A stretch of DNA of 61,709 nucleotides from Elusimicrobiota bacterium. Its GTDB lineage: Bacteria; Elusimicrobiota; Elusimicrobia; JACQJP01. The position numbers and the translations under genes were made by a program. The notes under the pieces are model-generated. The model was not told the DNA's origin and made no database searches. It saw nothing but the letters and a program-made list of their open reading frames with translations. Location: positions 1-61,709 of the forward strand of contig JACQJP010000032.1 in the NCBI GenBank assembly GCA_016204975.1, given 5' to 3'. How positions within the stretch are numbered: the first letter of the stretch is position 1; each line of letters opens with the position of its first letter. Below are positions 36,016 through 44,894 of this stretch, piece by piece.

Positions 36016-37986
36016 GTGGGTATGTCCGTTAAAAATCACAAAGACTTTTTTTCCTGGGTGATCGGGGGGCCCCAGGGCAGCGGCATCAACCTCTCGGCGG
36101 AGCTTTTCGCAAAGGCCCTGTCTCGGGCGGGCCTGAAGGTCTTCGCCAATATCGAGTACCACTCCAACATCAAGGGCAAGCACAGCGACTACCGCTTGAC
36201 CATCGGGCAGACCCAACCCCGCTCCCATGACGACCCCATAGATTTTCTGGTTGCCCTGGATGAGGAGACCCTCTGCGGCGATCTTTACCACCAGTATCCT
36301 ACCCATCGCGGGCTGAGCGGCTGGGTGGTGGAAGGCGGAGGCATCCTCTACGACTCCGCCATTGGAAACATGGAGGACCGGGTGGAAAAGCGCAACATCC
36401 ATCTTTTTCCCATGCCATATCTGGACGTTTTAGAGGAAGCCTTGCGGGAGTTGGGAAAAGTAAACCAGGCTCAGGCCTATAAGATCATGAAAAACGTCGT
36501 GGCCTTTGGGGCTTCGGCGGGGGCCGTGGATTTTGACTTCTCGTTTTTGGAGGAGGTGATTCGGGGGGGGTTTCCAGAAAGAAAAAAGCATCTGGCGGAT
36601 ATGAATGTGGTGGCGGCCCGGAAAGGATATGAGTACGCCCGGAGGGAATTTGCGAAGACGCTCAACCGGAAGTTCCATCCCCTCCCAAAAGAAAAGCGGC
36701 AGAGGCAGATGGTGATCTCTGGAACCCAGGCGGTCGCCATCGCCAAGCTTCGGGCGGGCTGCGCCCTTCAAACCTATTATCCGATTTCCCCGGCCACCGA
36801 TGAGAGCGCCTATTTAGAAAAGCATCAGCGAAGCTACCCCCTGGTCATTGTCCAAACGGAGGACGAGGTCTCCGCGGTGGACATGGCCTCGGCGGCGGCC
36901 CTGGGGGGGGTGCGGGCCTCGACCTCCACCTCCGGACCGGGTTTTGCCTTGATGCCGGAGGGGATTGGGTTTGCTTCCATTACCGAAGCGGGGGGGCCCG
37001 TCCTTTGCCTCTACCAAAGAAGCGGCCCCTCCACCGGCATACCCACGCGGACGGAGCAGGCGGACCTGCGTTTTGCCCTCCATGCGGGTCAAGGGGATTT
37101 CCCAAAACTTGTTTTGGCGGCGGGGGATATTCAAGAATGTTTTGAGATGACCTTTGAGGCGTTCAACTGGGCCGATCGCTACCAGATGCCGGTGCTGCTT
37201 CTTTTTGACAAACACCTGGCCAGCCAGATGGTGACCCTGCCCCCTTTTCCGGTGCATGGCCTTCGGGTGGACCGAGGCCGGTGGTTCGATCCGAGCCGGA
37301 AAAACGGCCCCTATCTTCGCTATGCCTTGACGGAAGATGGGATCAGCCCCCGTTCGCGCCCGGGTCTTGCCGGCGGCCAGTTTTGGGCTACCAGCGACGA
37401 GCACAATGAGACCGGGCATATCAGCGAGGGTGTCGCCAACCGCATCGCCATGATGGCCAAACGGATGGGCAAGGAGCCCAAGGCCCTCTCTGAGATTGCG
37501 GTGAAATACCAGTATGAACTTTGGGGGCCGGAGAGTGCCGAATGGACCTGGGTCTTTTGGGGCTCTTCCAAGGGGGTGCTTCAAGACGCCGCGGGTCTGG
37601 TCTCTAAAAAGGTCCGGCTTTTGCAGATCAAGCTGCTGCATCCTTTTCCACGGGAGGCGGTCCGGAAGATTTTGTCGCGCTCTAAGAAAACGATCTGCTT
37701 TGACCAAAACTATTCCTCTCAGTTGGCCGGCCTGGTCCGCGAGAAGACGGGCCTATCCATGGATTCTCATGTCGTAAAATACGATGGCCGTCCGATCTCG
37801 CGCTCGGAGGTATTGGCGGCGCAGGCCGCCGCGCAGAGGGGCACCGAGCGGATCGTGGTTTCCGAAGGCAGGGTGCGTCGGGAGGAGGAGGGAATTCGGG
37901 AGGTTCGGGATCTGGTCCGTCTTCGGGAAAACTCCCGCCGGATGCAGCCCACGCCGGTTCCCATTCCGCCGGGATATAATCAATAA
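36016..37986 (+). CDS. korA: 2-oxoacid:ferredoxin oxidoreductase, fused gamma-alpha subunit
   Basis: N-terminal POR-gamma-like segment (GGPQGSGINLSAELFAKAL), then alpha domain (ISGTQAVA..YYPISPAT..). ATG 36022 is an alternative start. Confidence 0.88.
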   Translation: MGMSVKNHKDFFSWVIGGPQGSGINLSAELFAKALSRAGLKVFANIEYHSNIKGKHSDYRLTIGQTQPRSHDDPIDFLVALDEETLCGDLYHQYPTHRGLSGWVVEGGGILYDSAIGNMEDRVEKRNIHLFPMPYLDVLEEALRELGKVNQAQAYKIMKNVVAFGASAGAVDFDFSFLEEVIRGGFPERKKHLADMNVVAARKGYEYARREFAKTLNRKFHPLPKEKRQRQMVISGTQAVAIAKLRAGCALQTYYPISPATDESAYLEKHQRSYPLVIVQTEDEVSAVDMASAAALGGVRASTSTSGPGFALMPEGIGFASITEAGGPVLCLYQRSGPSTGIPTRTEQADLRFALHAGQGDFPKLVLAAGDIQECFEMTFEAFNWADRYQMPVLLLFDKHLASQMVTLPPFPVHGLRVDRGRWFDPSRKNGPYLRYALTEDGISPRSRPGLAGGQFWATSDEHNETGHISEGVANRIAMMAKRMGKEPKALSEIAVKYQYELWGPESAEWTWVFWGSSKGVLQDAAGLVSKKVRLLQIKLLHPFPREAVRKILSRSKKTICFDQNYSSQLAGLVREKTGLSMDSHVVKYDGRPISRSEVLAAQAAAQRGTERIVVSEGRVRREEEGIREVRDLVRLRENSRRMQPTPVPIPPGYNQ

Positions 37987-38014
37987 ACGGATAAACGGTC
38001 GTCAGGTTTTCGCA

Positions 38015-38968
38015 ATGGAAGAGCAGGCTGTGCAGGAAAAAAAGTATGCGGTTCAGGATTATAAATCAGATCTCCACAACGATTGGTGTCCGGGTTGCGG
38101 TGATTTTGGGATCTTGACCGCTCTTCAGAACGCCTTGGCGAATCTGGGGCTGGCCCCGCATCAGGTGGCGGTCGTTTCCGGGGTCGGCTGTTCCGGGAAG
38201 ACCCCGCATTATCTGAACACCTATGGCTTTCACACCCTGCACGGAAGGGTCCTGCCTATGGCCACCGGCATTAAGCTGGCCAATCGGGAGATTACACTGG
38301 TGGCGGTGGGAGGTGATGGTGACGGCTATGGCATCGGAGGGGGGCAGTTTGTGGCCGGGGGGCGCCGGAATCTGGATTTTACCTATATCATTTACAACAA
38401 CGATGTCTACGCCTTGACCAAAGGGCAGGCTTCTCCCACGGTGGCCAGGGGCAAAAAGACGAAATCCATGCCGGAGCCCTCGATACTGGAGCCCATCCAT
38501 CCGGTTGCCCTGGCGCTCTCCTCCGGTTACACCTTTGTCGCCCGGGGCTACGCCTTGGATGTCAAACACTTGACGGGTCTTATCCAACGGGGGATTGAGC
38601 ATCGGGGCAGCGCCCTCATTGATGTTTACCAAACCTGCCCGACCTACAACGATTTGCACAGCCGGGCGTGGTATGCGGGCAAGGATCGCGGCGGGAAATC
38701 CAGAATTCGATATTTGGACCAGATGCAGTATGATCCGGTGGTAAAAAATCCGGAGGATGCCCGTGAGGTGGCGCAAAAAAAGCTTCAGGCTCTGGAGAAG
38801 GCCTGGAGCGCTGACGAGGAAGTGACCCTCGGCGTCTACTACCAAATCCGTCTTCCGACCCTTGAGGAAAACCTAGCCCAAAAGATGCCTGCCCTTCAGG
38901 ATGCGCCCTTGGCGGAGCAAAGGCTTTGGGAGAGGGACATCGCTCCTCTTTTTGAGGAGCTCACTTAA
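38015..38968 (+). CDS. korB: 2-oxoacid:ferredoxin oxidoreductase beta subunit (TPP-binding)
   Basis: WCPGCGDFGIL..GGDGDGYGIGG..NNDVYALTKGQ TPP motif. The upstream part of track ORF 37784 overlaps korA and is not counted. Confidence 0.9.
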   Translation: MEEQAVQEKKYAVQDYKSDLHNDWCPGCGDFGILTALQNALANLGLAPHQVAVVSGVGCSGKTPHYLNTYGFHTLHGRVLPMATGIKLANREITLVAVGGDGDGYGIGGGQFVAGGRRNLDFTYIIYNNDVYALTKGQASPTVARGKKTKSMPEPSILEPIHPVALALSSGYTFVARGYALDVKHLTGLIQRGIEHRGSALIDVYQTCPTYNDLHSRAWYAGKDRGGKSRIRYLDQMQYDPVVKNPEDAREVAQKKLQALEKAWSADEEVTLGVYYQIRLPTLEENLAQKMPALQDAPLAEQRLWERDIAPLFEELT

Positions 38969-38991
38969 AATTTCTTCGGCCTCTCAGTCTT

Positions 38992-39162
38992 TTAAGACTG
39001 TTGCTGCCCGTACTTGGCCACAAACTTTTTAATATCCTCTATGTGTTCCAGGATCAGGCGGGCTTTGGAGAGTCCAAACTGGAACGGGAAGCGATCTTCC
39101 GGACTACGGGTTAGGACCAGCACGGGGTTTCCCTTGAATTCCGACTCTTTGGCGATGCCCAT
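38992..39162 (-). CDS. Unannotated 56-aa ORF (below the ORF-track length cut-off)
   Basis: Read by hand on the minus strand: AAGGAGG-N6-ATG, MGIAKESEFKGNPVLVLTRSPEDRFPFQFGLSKARLILEHIEDIKKFVAKYGQQQS, then TAA. It fills an otherwise empty 247-nt gap. Confidence 0.55.
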   Translation of the reverse strand: MGIAKESEFKGNPVLVLTRSPEDRFPFQFGLSKARLILEHIEDIKKFVAKYGQQQS

Positions 39163-39215
39163 AAGGATGCCTCCTTGGGAAGCTTCTTTCGCATTGTACT
39201 AAAAAACAAGGTTCG

Positions 39216-40736
39216 ATGAGGCTTCAAGATCACCGAGGATTTTTTCTTTGGTTTTTTCCTGCGGCGCTTTTCTTCGGCTGTTTCCCTCTGTCCTATGCGG
39301 CGGGGGGAGAAAAATTTTTCCGGGGGGAGAGCTGCGCGGTTTGCCATGCCAGGATCCGGGATCGGCAGGCCCCCTCTGTTGCGGGCAGGACGCTGGAGGA
39401 CCCGATCTCAGTCAAGGAGCCCTACGATGTGGTCGTGGTGGGGGGAGGTTTTTCGGGGCTTTCCGCCGCTTATTTTTTGAAGGATCGGAAGGTCCTGGTT
39501 TTGGAGAAGGAGGACCGCCCGGGGGGGCACGGGCGGGCGGAGTCCTGGCGGGGGATCCCCTATCCGACGGGGACCGTGTATTTTAATTCCGAACCCTATG
39601 AAGCTTGGAAGACATTGTTCGAGGATCTGCATCTCAAACCCCACAAGGTTCCCTCGCCCGTCAACCTCTTAATGGTCAACGGGCAGCTGGTGGAGGATTT
39701 TTTAGGGGAGGGCGCCTCCCGACTTCCCTACGACCCGCAGACCCGGGCCGGCTTTCTTCGCCTATGGAAATTTCTCCGTCAGGCCTATGAGGAGGACCGT
39801 TTTTCCTTTTCGTTCCGCGCGGGGGATCTCGAGTCGCAGAGGTTGGAAGAGGAAACATTTTGGGATCACCTGGTCCGGGAGTATGGGGGGATGGTCGCCT
39901 CCCATTATGACCGCTTCCTCCAAGACATGCTGGGGGCCGGCATCCGCGAGATCTCAGCCTTCGCCGGATTTTTGATGCTCAACAGCGAAGAGGATTTTTA
40001 CACCTGGGAGGACGGAACCTATACTGCCGTGCGGGCGTTGGCTAAGAGCCTCTCGGAGCGTTTGAAGACCGGTGCCTGGGTTACCCGGGTCTGGCAGGAT
40101 GGCTCCGGAGTGAACATCCTCTATGAACAAGATGGAAAAAACCTCCAGGTGCGCTCTCGGACGGCTGTTTTGGCTATTCCCGCCCATGTGATCTTGAGTA
40201 TCCTGCAGGGAATGCCCCGGGAAAAAGAAAAGGCCTTGGCCCAGGTGCGCTACTCGGCCTATGTGGTAACCATGCTGGGTTTTCGGGAGCCGGTCTGGAC
40301 GAAGTCCTACATGCTGTGGGCCAATGACGCCATCTTCACCTCCCTTGTGTTCACGGATTTTCCAAAGTATGGAACCAGCAAGAGGAGGGGACCCCAGGTG
40401 GCCTTGGCCTATATGCCCATGGGGTCGGAGGCGGCTCGGAGAAGGCTCCTCCAAACCGGTGATGCTGAGCTCAAGACCGCTCTTCTGCGGGATCTGGAGA
40501 AGGTGATTCCAGGTTCTTCTCAAAAAGTGGAGGAGGTGCGCATCATGCGATGGGGCCATGCCGAGCCCATCCCCTATCCCGGCTACTTAAGTCGCGTGCG
40601 CCCGAGGGTGGCCCAGCCTTGGGGGCGTATTTTTTTTGCAGGGGAGGCCACGCAGATTCCGGCCATGGAGGGGGCGATTCTTTCCGGGCACCGCGCCAGC
40701 CAAGAGGCACGCAGGTTTTTAGAAGCGAATAGGTAG
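39216..40736 (+). CDS. FAD-dependent amine oxidase-family oxidoreductase with N-terminal signal peptide and CxxCH motif
   Basis: Dinucleotide fold YDVVVVGGGFSGLSAAYFL..LEKEDRPGGH and C-terminal ..IFFAGEAT.. amine-oxidase motif. The 60-aa N-terminal extension has a hydrophobic segment and CAVCH. The start is uncertain. Confidence 0.75.
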   Translation: MRLQDHRGFFLWFFPAALFFGCFPLSYAAGGEKFFRGESCAVCHARIRDRQAPSVAGRTLEDPISVKEPYDVVVVGGGFSGLSAAYFLKDRKVLVLEKEDRPGGHGRAESWRGIPYPTGTVYFNSEPYEAWKTLFEDLHLKPHKVPSPVNLLMVNGQLVEDFLGEGASRLPYDPQTRAGFLRLWKFLRQAYEEDRFSFSFRAGDLESQRLEEETFWDHLVREYGGMVASHYDRFLQDMLGAGIREISAFAGFLMLNSEEDFYTWEDGTYTAVRALAKSLSERLKTGAWVTRVWQDGSGVNILYEQDGKNLQVRSRTAVLAIPAHVILSILQGMPREKEKALAQVRYSAYVVTMLGFREPVWTKSYMLWANDAIFTSLVFTDFPKYGTSKRRGPQVALAYMPMGSEAARRRLLQTGDAELKTALLRDLEKVIPGSSQKVEEVRIMRWGHAEPIPYPGYLSRVRPRVAQPWGRIFFAGEATQIPAMEGAILSGHRASQEARRFLEANR

Positions 40737-40754
40737 GCAAAAGGTCCTATCGCG

Positions 40755-41630
40755 ATGAATCCTTGGGTCTGGCTGACCCCCACTTTGCTGGCGTTGTTCT
40801 TTTATGGCATCGGGGAGGGGTTGGCCAAGAAATATATCGGGGACGTCTCCCCTGCCTGGTTTTGCCTCTGCTACGTTGCAGCCAAAAGCGTAGTCAACTT
40901 GGGTTTTTTCTTCACCCGGAATCATCCCCCGCCTTTTTCCGCTGAGGGCCAGGAGTTCTTCGTGCTGGGTCTAGTGGCTTGCATCCTGGACGGCATCGGC
41001 TGGATTCTTTTTTTTGAGTCTATCGTCACTGGTCCCATCTCCATCGTCGGCACGCTATCGGCTGCCTATCCTGCTCTAACGGTGTTGTTTGCCCGGCTGT
41101 TTTTGAGCGAGGTGCTGCTTCCTTTGCAGTATCCGGGGGTTCTACTGGTCATACTTGGCTGCATCGGTCTTTCCTACGCGCCTGCTGATCCCAATGCCGC
41201 TATCTCCGACAAACGCTGGATCCCTTTGGCAATTGCCGCTCTCATCATCTGGGCCGCGGTCCATGTGATCGTCAAATACGCTTATGGGTTACCGGGTGCC
41301 AGCGAAGCCAACCTCTCGCTATTTAATGTCCTTGGGAGCCTGGTGACTTTGGGGGTCTATGGTTTTCTGCGGGGGAGGCAGGGCCCCCACCCTGGCCGTG
41401 GATGGGGTTGGAGTTTCCTCCCCACGGCCCTGTTGGCGGGAGCAGATCTCAGCGTCATCATAGCCACCCGGTGGGGTCCCGTCTCCATTGTCACTCCGCT
41501 CAGCGGAGCCTATCCGCTCGTGACAATCGCCTTTGCCTGGATGATTCTGAAGGAAAAAATAACCCGGCTTCAATGGGCCTGTATTGCGGCGGTTTTGGCG
41601 GGAATATTGCTCGCCACCCCACGAGCCTAA
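40755..41630 (+). CDS. EamA/DMT-family transporter
   Basis: 291 aa, 10 predicted TM helices in two EamA-like halves. Confidence 0.8.
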   Translation: MNPWVWLTPTLLALFFYGIGEGLAKKYIGDVSPAWFCLCYVAAKSVVNLGFFFTRNHPPPFSAEGQEFFVLGLVACILDGIGWILFFESIVTGPISIVGTLSAAYPALTVLFARLFLSEVLLPLQYPGVLLVILGCIGLSYAPADPNAAISDKRWIPLAIAALIIWAAVHVIVKYAYGLPGASEANLSLFNVLGSLVTLGVYGFLRGRQGPHPGRGWGWSFLPTALLAGADLSVIIATRWGPVSIVTPLSGAYPLVTIAFAWMILKEKITRLQWACIAAVLAGILLATPRA

Positions 41631-41660
41631 CCTTCCGTCTGGTTCGTCAATCTTCGCCCG

Positions 41661-42377
41661 CTATTTTTTATGCCCGTTGAGCAAAACCTGTCCTTTTATG
41701 CAAGGGGGCGCGCTGGCCAGGGCCTTCTCGAACAACTTATCCAGTACCTCCAGCGTGGCTCGGGAGCCCAGACCGACTCCACAGAGGATTTCCTTCAGGC
41801 AGGGCCTTTGATTCAGTAGGGACTCGGCAGACTCCCAAAGCCATCGGGAATGCTCGATGTCTGCCTCCAGGTGTTCGTCAATATAGCGCAGGTCCCCCCC
41901 GGGTGTTCTCTCGAACTGTTTGCGGGCCAACCGGAACAGATCCAGCGTCAACTCCTCCGCGGCCAGAAGCCACCCGGCAATCTGGGCCTCCGAGAGCCTC
42001 CGGGCGATGCTGATCGTCCCATTGAGGTTGGGGCCACTGTCCAAGGATGCGGGGATGCCGAGGCTTTCTAGAAACTCCAGGCAGAGGGTAACGTGGGAGT
42101 CTTTTTGGGCCCCCGTTTCATCCAGGATATTGTCCCAGATCGCTTCCCTGAGTTTGGTGTTTTGGACACGGCCCCGCATGGCAGTCAGCATGGGAGGCCA
42201 CTGCCAGCTGTCCGCAAATAGGTACAGTGCAAACTCCTGGGCGATCTCTCGGGGCAGTCGCCCTTGCTCGATGAAGGAACCTAAGGGGTGTTCCTGTAGC
42301 TCTTTTCGGTAGAATTCAATACACTGATGAATCCCTGCAAGTTTTGTATTCTTCTTCGCATAGGCGTCTGATTTCAT
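41661..42377 (-). CDS. Heme-oxygenase-like fold protein (iron-containing redox enzyme / PqqC-TenA-CADD superfamily)
   Basis: All-helical 238-aa protein with E/D..H pairs spaced as in Haem_oxygenase_2 proteins (..NILDETGAQKDSHVT.., ..IDEHLEADIEHSRW..). Confidence 0.55.
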   Translation of the reverse strand: MKSDAYAKKNTKLAGIHQCIEFYRKELQEHPLGSFIEQGRLPREIAQEFALYLFADSWQWPPMLTAMRGRVQNTKLREAIWDNILDETGAQKDSHVTLCLEFLESLGIPASLDSGPNLNGTISIARRLSEAQIAGWLLAAEELTLDLFRLARKQFERTPGGDLRYIDEHLEADIEHSRWLWESAESLLNQRPCLKEILCGVGLGSRATLEVLDKLFEKALASAPPCIKGQVLLNGHKK

Positions 42378-42433
42378 GGTTGGCCCTCCCAGGGACAGAT
42401 TTTCTGCCTCTAAAACTAAGTCTAATGACAGGT

Positions 42434-43204
42434 TTATTTTGGCCTGGCTACAACGGGCGTGCCGCCCGGCCTCTCTAAGACCGCAAGGATGGGCCCACCA
42501 GTTTGAGTGGCATATATATTCAGCTGTTGGATGATCTCATTCTCCGCTTTTTCTGCGGCTGCTCTGATTTCGGAAACCGTATCTTGCTGCTTGGTCCCAT
42601 CCAAAGCCTGCATAATCCTGTTCATGTCCCGAACGTAGTGGGGTGCATCTTCTGGGTCCGACTGCAGCTTTATCAGGAGGCCCGTGTAAATCTCCTGGAG
42701 CTGTATGGCCGCCAGGATGGCTGGGTCGGCAAAACTGACGTACCCGGTCCGCGTGTGGTAACTGCCATTCCCTCCTCGGGTGAGTCGAAGGGCTCCGATG
42801 AGTGTAGAGACTGCTTCTCCAAAGATGGCCGGGTTGTCGGTTTTTTGGGCGATTCTGCCCAAAGAGCTCACGACGTAAGATTGCCTCCGGGTGCTGCCCC
42901 CGAAAAAGCTCATACATAGCTCGAAGCGCTTTGTGTTGGGATTTGTACAGTATCCAGCATATTTTTGCACAGCCCGGAGGGCAACGTTGGGATAATCAGA
43001 GCTTAGCGCAACTTGTTCCAAGAAGCTGGAGAAGTCATGGAAACTGGAATCACTTTCCGTTACGCCCATTTGGTCCCATACGCTATCCACCAAATTCCTC
43101 AATTCGCCCTCTGTATAGTTTAACACCAGGGCTGCTCCCTCGCTCTGGGCAAGAGCGGGTTGGAACAAACCCAGCAGAGCCGCTAGACCTAGAATTTTTC
43201 TCAT
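42434..43204 (-). CDS. Hypothetical secreted protein
   Basis: Signal peptide MRKILGLAALLGLFQPALA. No recognisable family. G+C looks lower than the neighbours. Confidence 0.5.
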   Translation of the reverse strand: MRKILGLAALLGLFQPALAQSEGAALVLNYTEGELRNLVDSVWDQMGVTESDSSFHDFSSFLEQVALSSDYPNVALRAVQKYAGYCTNPNTKRFELCMSFFGGSTRRQSYVVSSLGRIAQKTDNPAIFGEAVSTLIGALRLTRGGNGSYHTRTGYVSFADPAILAAIQLQEIYTGLLIKLQSDPEDAPHYVRDMNRIMQALDGTKQQDTVSEIRAAAEKAENEIIQQLNIYATQTGGPILAVLERPGGTPVVARPK

Positions 43205-43310
43205 CGCTTCTTTACCTCCTATGGGCGAGCCGTATATATCCAGCTCCCCGATCGCTCATCACTTTACAAGGAAACCTAAAGTTTTGCATGGGCCCAAGGG
43301 GTAAAAAATT

Positions 43311-43376
43311 AAGAAAAAAAGACCTACCTTTTGGGTGGGTCCAAGGTCCTACGGGGTTGGACCAAAGGTCCTAGGG
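43311..43376 (-). repeat. Family-3 repeat, copy 2 (downstream of the aldehyde dehydrogenase gene)
   Basis: Reverse complement: cctaggacctttggtccaaccccgtaggaccttggacccacccaaaaggtaggtcttttttt. Confidence 0.7.
43314..43341 (-). terminator. Rho-independent terminator after the gabT / aldehyde dehydrogenase operon
   Basis: Minus-strand RNA: GACCCACC-caaaa-GGUAGGUC (one mismatch) followed by U7. Begins 46 nt past the stop codon. Confidence 0.65.
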
Positions 43377-43386
43377 AGGGTGGATG

Positions 43387-44868
43387 TTAGCGGCTCAGGG
43401 CGAGGGTGTGCCAGGGCTTGCGGGCCTGGCCGGTCGTATCGGCCATCACGTGCTTGATCTGGGTGTATTCCTCCAAGGCGTGCTTGGAGAGGTCTTTTCC
43501 GAAGCCGCTTTGCTTGAAGCCTCCGTGAGGCATCTCCGACGCCAGGGGCAGGTGGTCGTTGATCCAGACTGTGCCGAAGCGCAGGGCGGAAGAGACTCGA
43601 AGGGCGCGGGGCACGTTTTGCGTCCAGACGCTGGCCGCCAGGCCGTAGCGCACGTCGTTTCCGAGAGAAACCGCCTCCTCCTCTTTCTGGAAGGATAGTA
43701 CGCAGGCGACCGGCCCGAAGACCTCGTTTTGCACGATCTCGGATTTTTGCGTGGCGCCGGTCAAGAGGGTGGGCAGGTAGAAGAAGCCGTTTTGGAGAGC
43801 CCCGTTTTTTGGCCTTTTGGCCCCGCAAAGCGCCTTGGCCCCCTGCTTGAGGGCCCTTTCCACAAAGCGCTCCACCCGGGCCCGTTGCTCTGAGGAGATG
43901 AGGGGTCCCATGTTTGTTTGGGGATCAGTGGGCAGGCCGACCCGGACCGATTCCAGCAGTTGCGTGAGGCGGTCCAGGAATTTTTTGAAGATCGGTTGCG
44001 CCACATAAAGCCGGGTGGCTGCGGTGCAGTCTTGGCCGGCGTTGAGGGTGGAAGCCACGGCCGCGCCGCGGGCGGCGGCTTCGAGATCCGCATCCTCAAA
44101 GACGAGGAAGGGGGCTTTGCCCCCCAGCTCGAGATGGCATTTCTTCAGGGTAGGGGCCGCCTGCAGCATGATTTTCTTTCCGGTTTCGGTATCTCCGGTG
44201 AAAGAGACCATGTCCACCTGCGGATGGGAGGTCAGAACGGCTCCGGTGGCCTCCGCTCCCGTCACCACCTGAAAAACGCCTTCCGGAATTCCGGCCTCCC
44301 GGGCCAGTCTTTCCAACTCCAGGGCCGTCAGGGGCGTCCATTCGGCAGGTTTGAGGACCACGCAGTTTCCGGCCGCCAGGGCGGGGGCCATCTTCCAGAC
44401 GGCCATCAGGATGGGGTAGTTCCAAGGGGCGACCGAACCCACCACCCCGATGGGCTCTCTTCGCAGGAAGCTGACGGTACCGCTCACGTACTCCTGGCCG
44501 GCCGCTCCTTCCAGGACGCGCAGGGCCCCCGCAAAAAATCGGAGGTTATCTATGGCGAAAGGGATATCCCCTTCCTGAACCAGCTTCCGTGGCTTTCCGG
44601 TGTTTTGGACCTCCAGCGAAATCAGCTTTTCTTGATTTTGTTCCATCAGATTCGCCAGTTTGAAAAGGATGGCGGAGCGCTCGGCGGGGTTTTTTCCGGA
44701 CCAGCATTTGTCCTCGAATGCTCGGCGGGCTTTTTGAATGGTTTTCTCTACCTCGCCGGCCGTCCAGTCCGGAATTTCCGTGATGGGTTTTCCTGTGGCC
44801 GGGTTAAAAATTTGGCGTTTGGCACGTTGGGGGCCTGCGGATTTCCGATCTAATGTCGTAGCTCTCAT
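43387..44868 (-). CDS. NAD-dependent aldehyde dehydrogenase, gamma-aminobutyraldehyde dehydrogenase-like
   Basis: ALDH motifs ..VAPWNYP..LELGGKAP..(E268-like) and ..NAGQDCTAA.. (catalytic Cys). IDNLRFFAGA segment as in PatD-type enzymes. Adjacent to gabT. Confidence 0.85.
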   Translation of the reverse strand: MRATTLDRKSAGPQRAKRQIFNPATGKPITEIPDWTAGEVEKTIQKARRAFEDKCWSGKNPAERSAILFKLANLMEQNQEKLISLEVQNTGKPRKLVQEGDIPFAIDNLRFFAGALRVLEGAAGQEYVSGTVSFLRREPIGVVGSVAPWNYPILMAVWKMAPALAAGNCVVLKPAEWTPLTALELERLAREAGIPEGVFQVVTGAEATGAVLTSHPQVDMVSFTGDTETGKKIMLQAAPTLKKCHLELGGKAPFLVFEDADLEAAARGAAVASTLNAGQDCTAATRLYVAQPIFKKFLDRLTQLLESVRVGLPTDPQTNMGPLISSEQRARVERFVERALKQGAKALCGAKRPKNGALQNGFFYLPTLLTGATQKSEIVQNEVFGPVACVLSFQKEEEAVSLGNDVRYGLAASVWTQNVPRALRVSSALRFGTVWINDHLPLASEMPHGGFKQSGFGKDLSKHALEEYTQIKHVMADTTGQARKPWHTLALSR

Positions 44869-44894
44869 GGCTCAGTAAACGGTCGGCGTTGTTT

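Noticed and set aside
39014-39202. 62-aa plus-strand ORF in the korB / oxidase gap
   Set aside because: It has no SD and an implausible sequence. The opposite strand carries a 56-aa ORF with a consensus AGGAGG SD and protein-like sequence, which I prefer.
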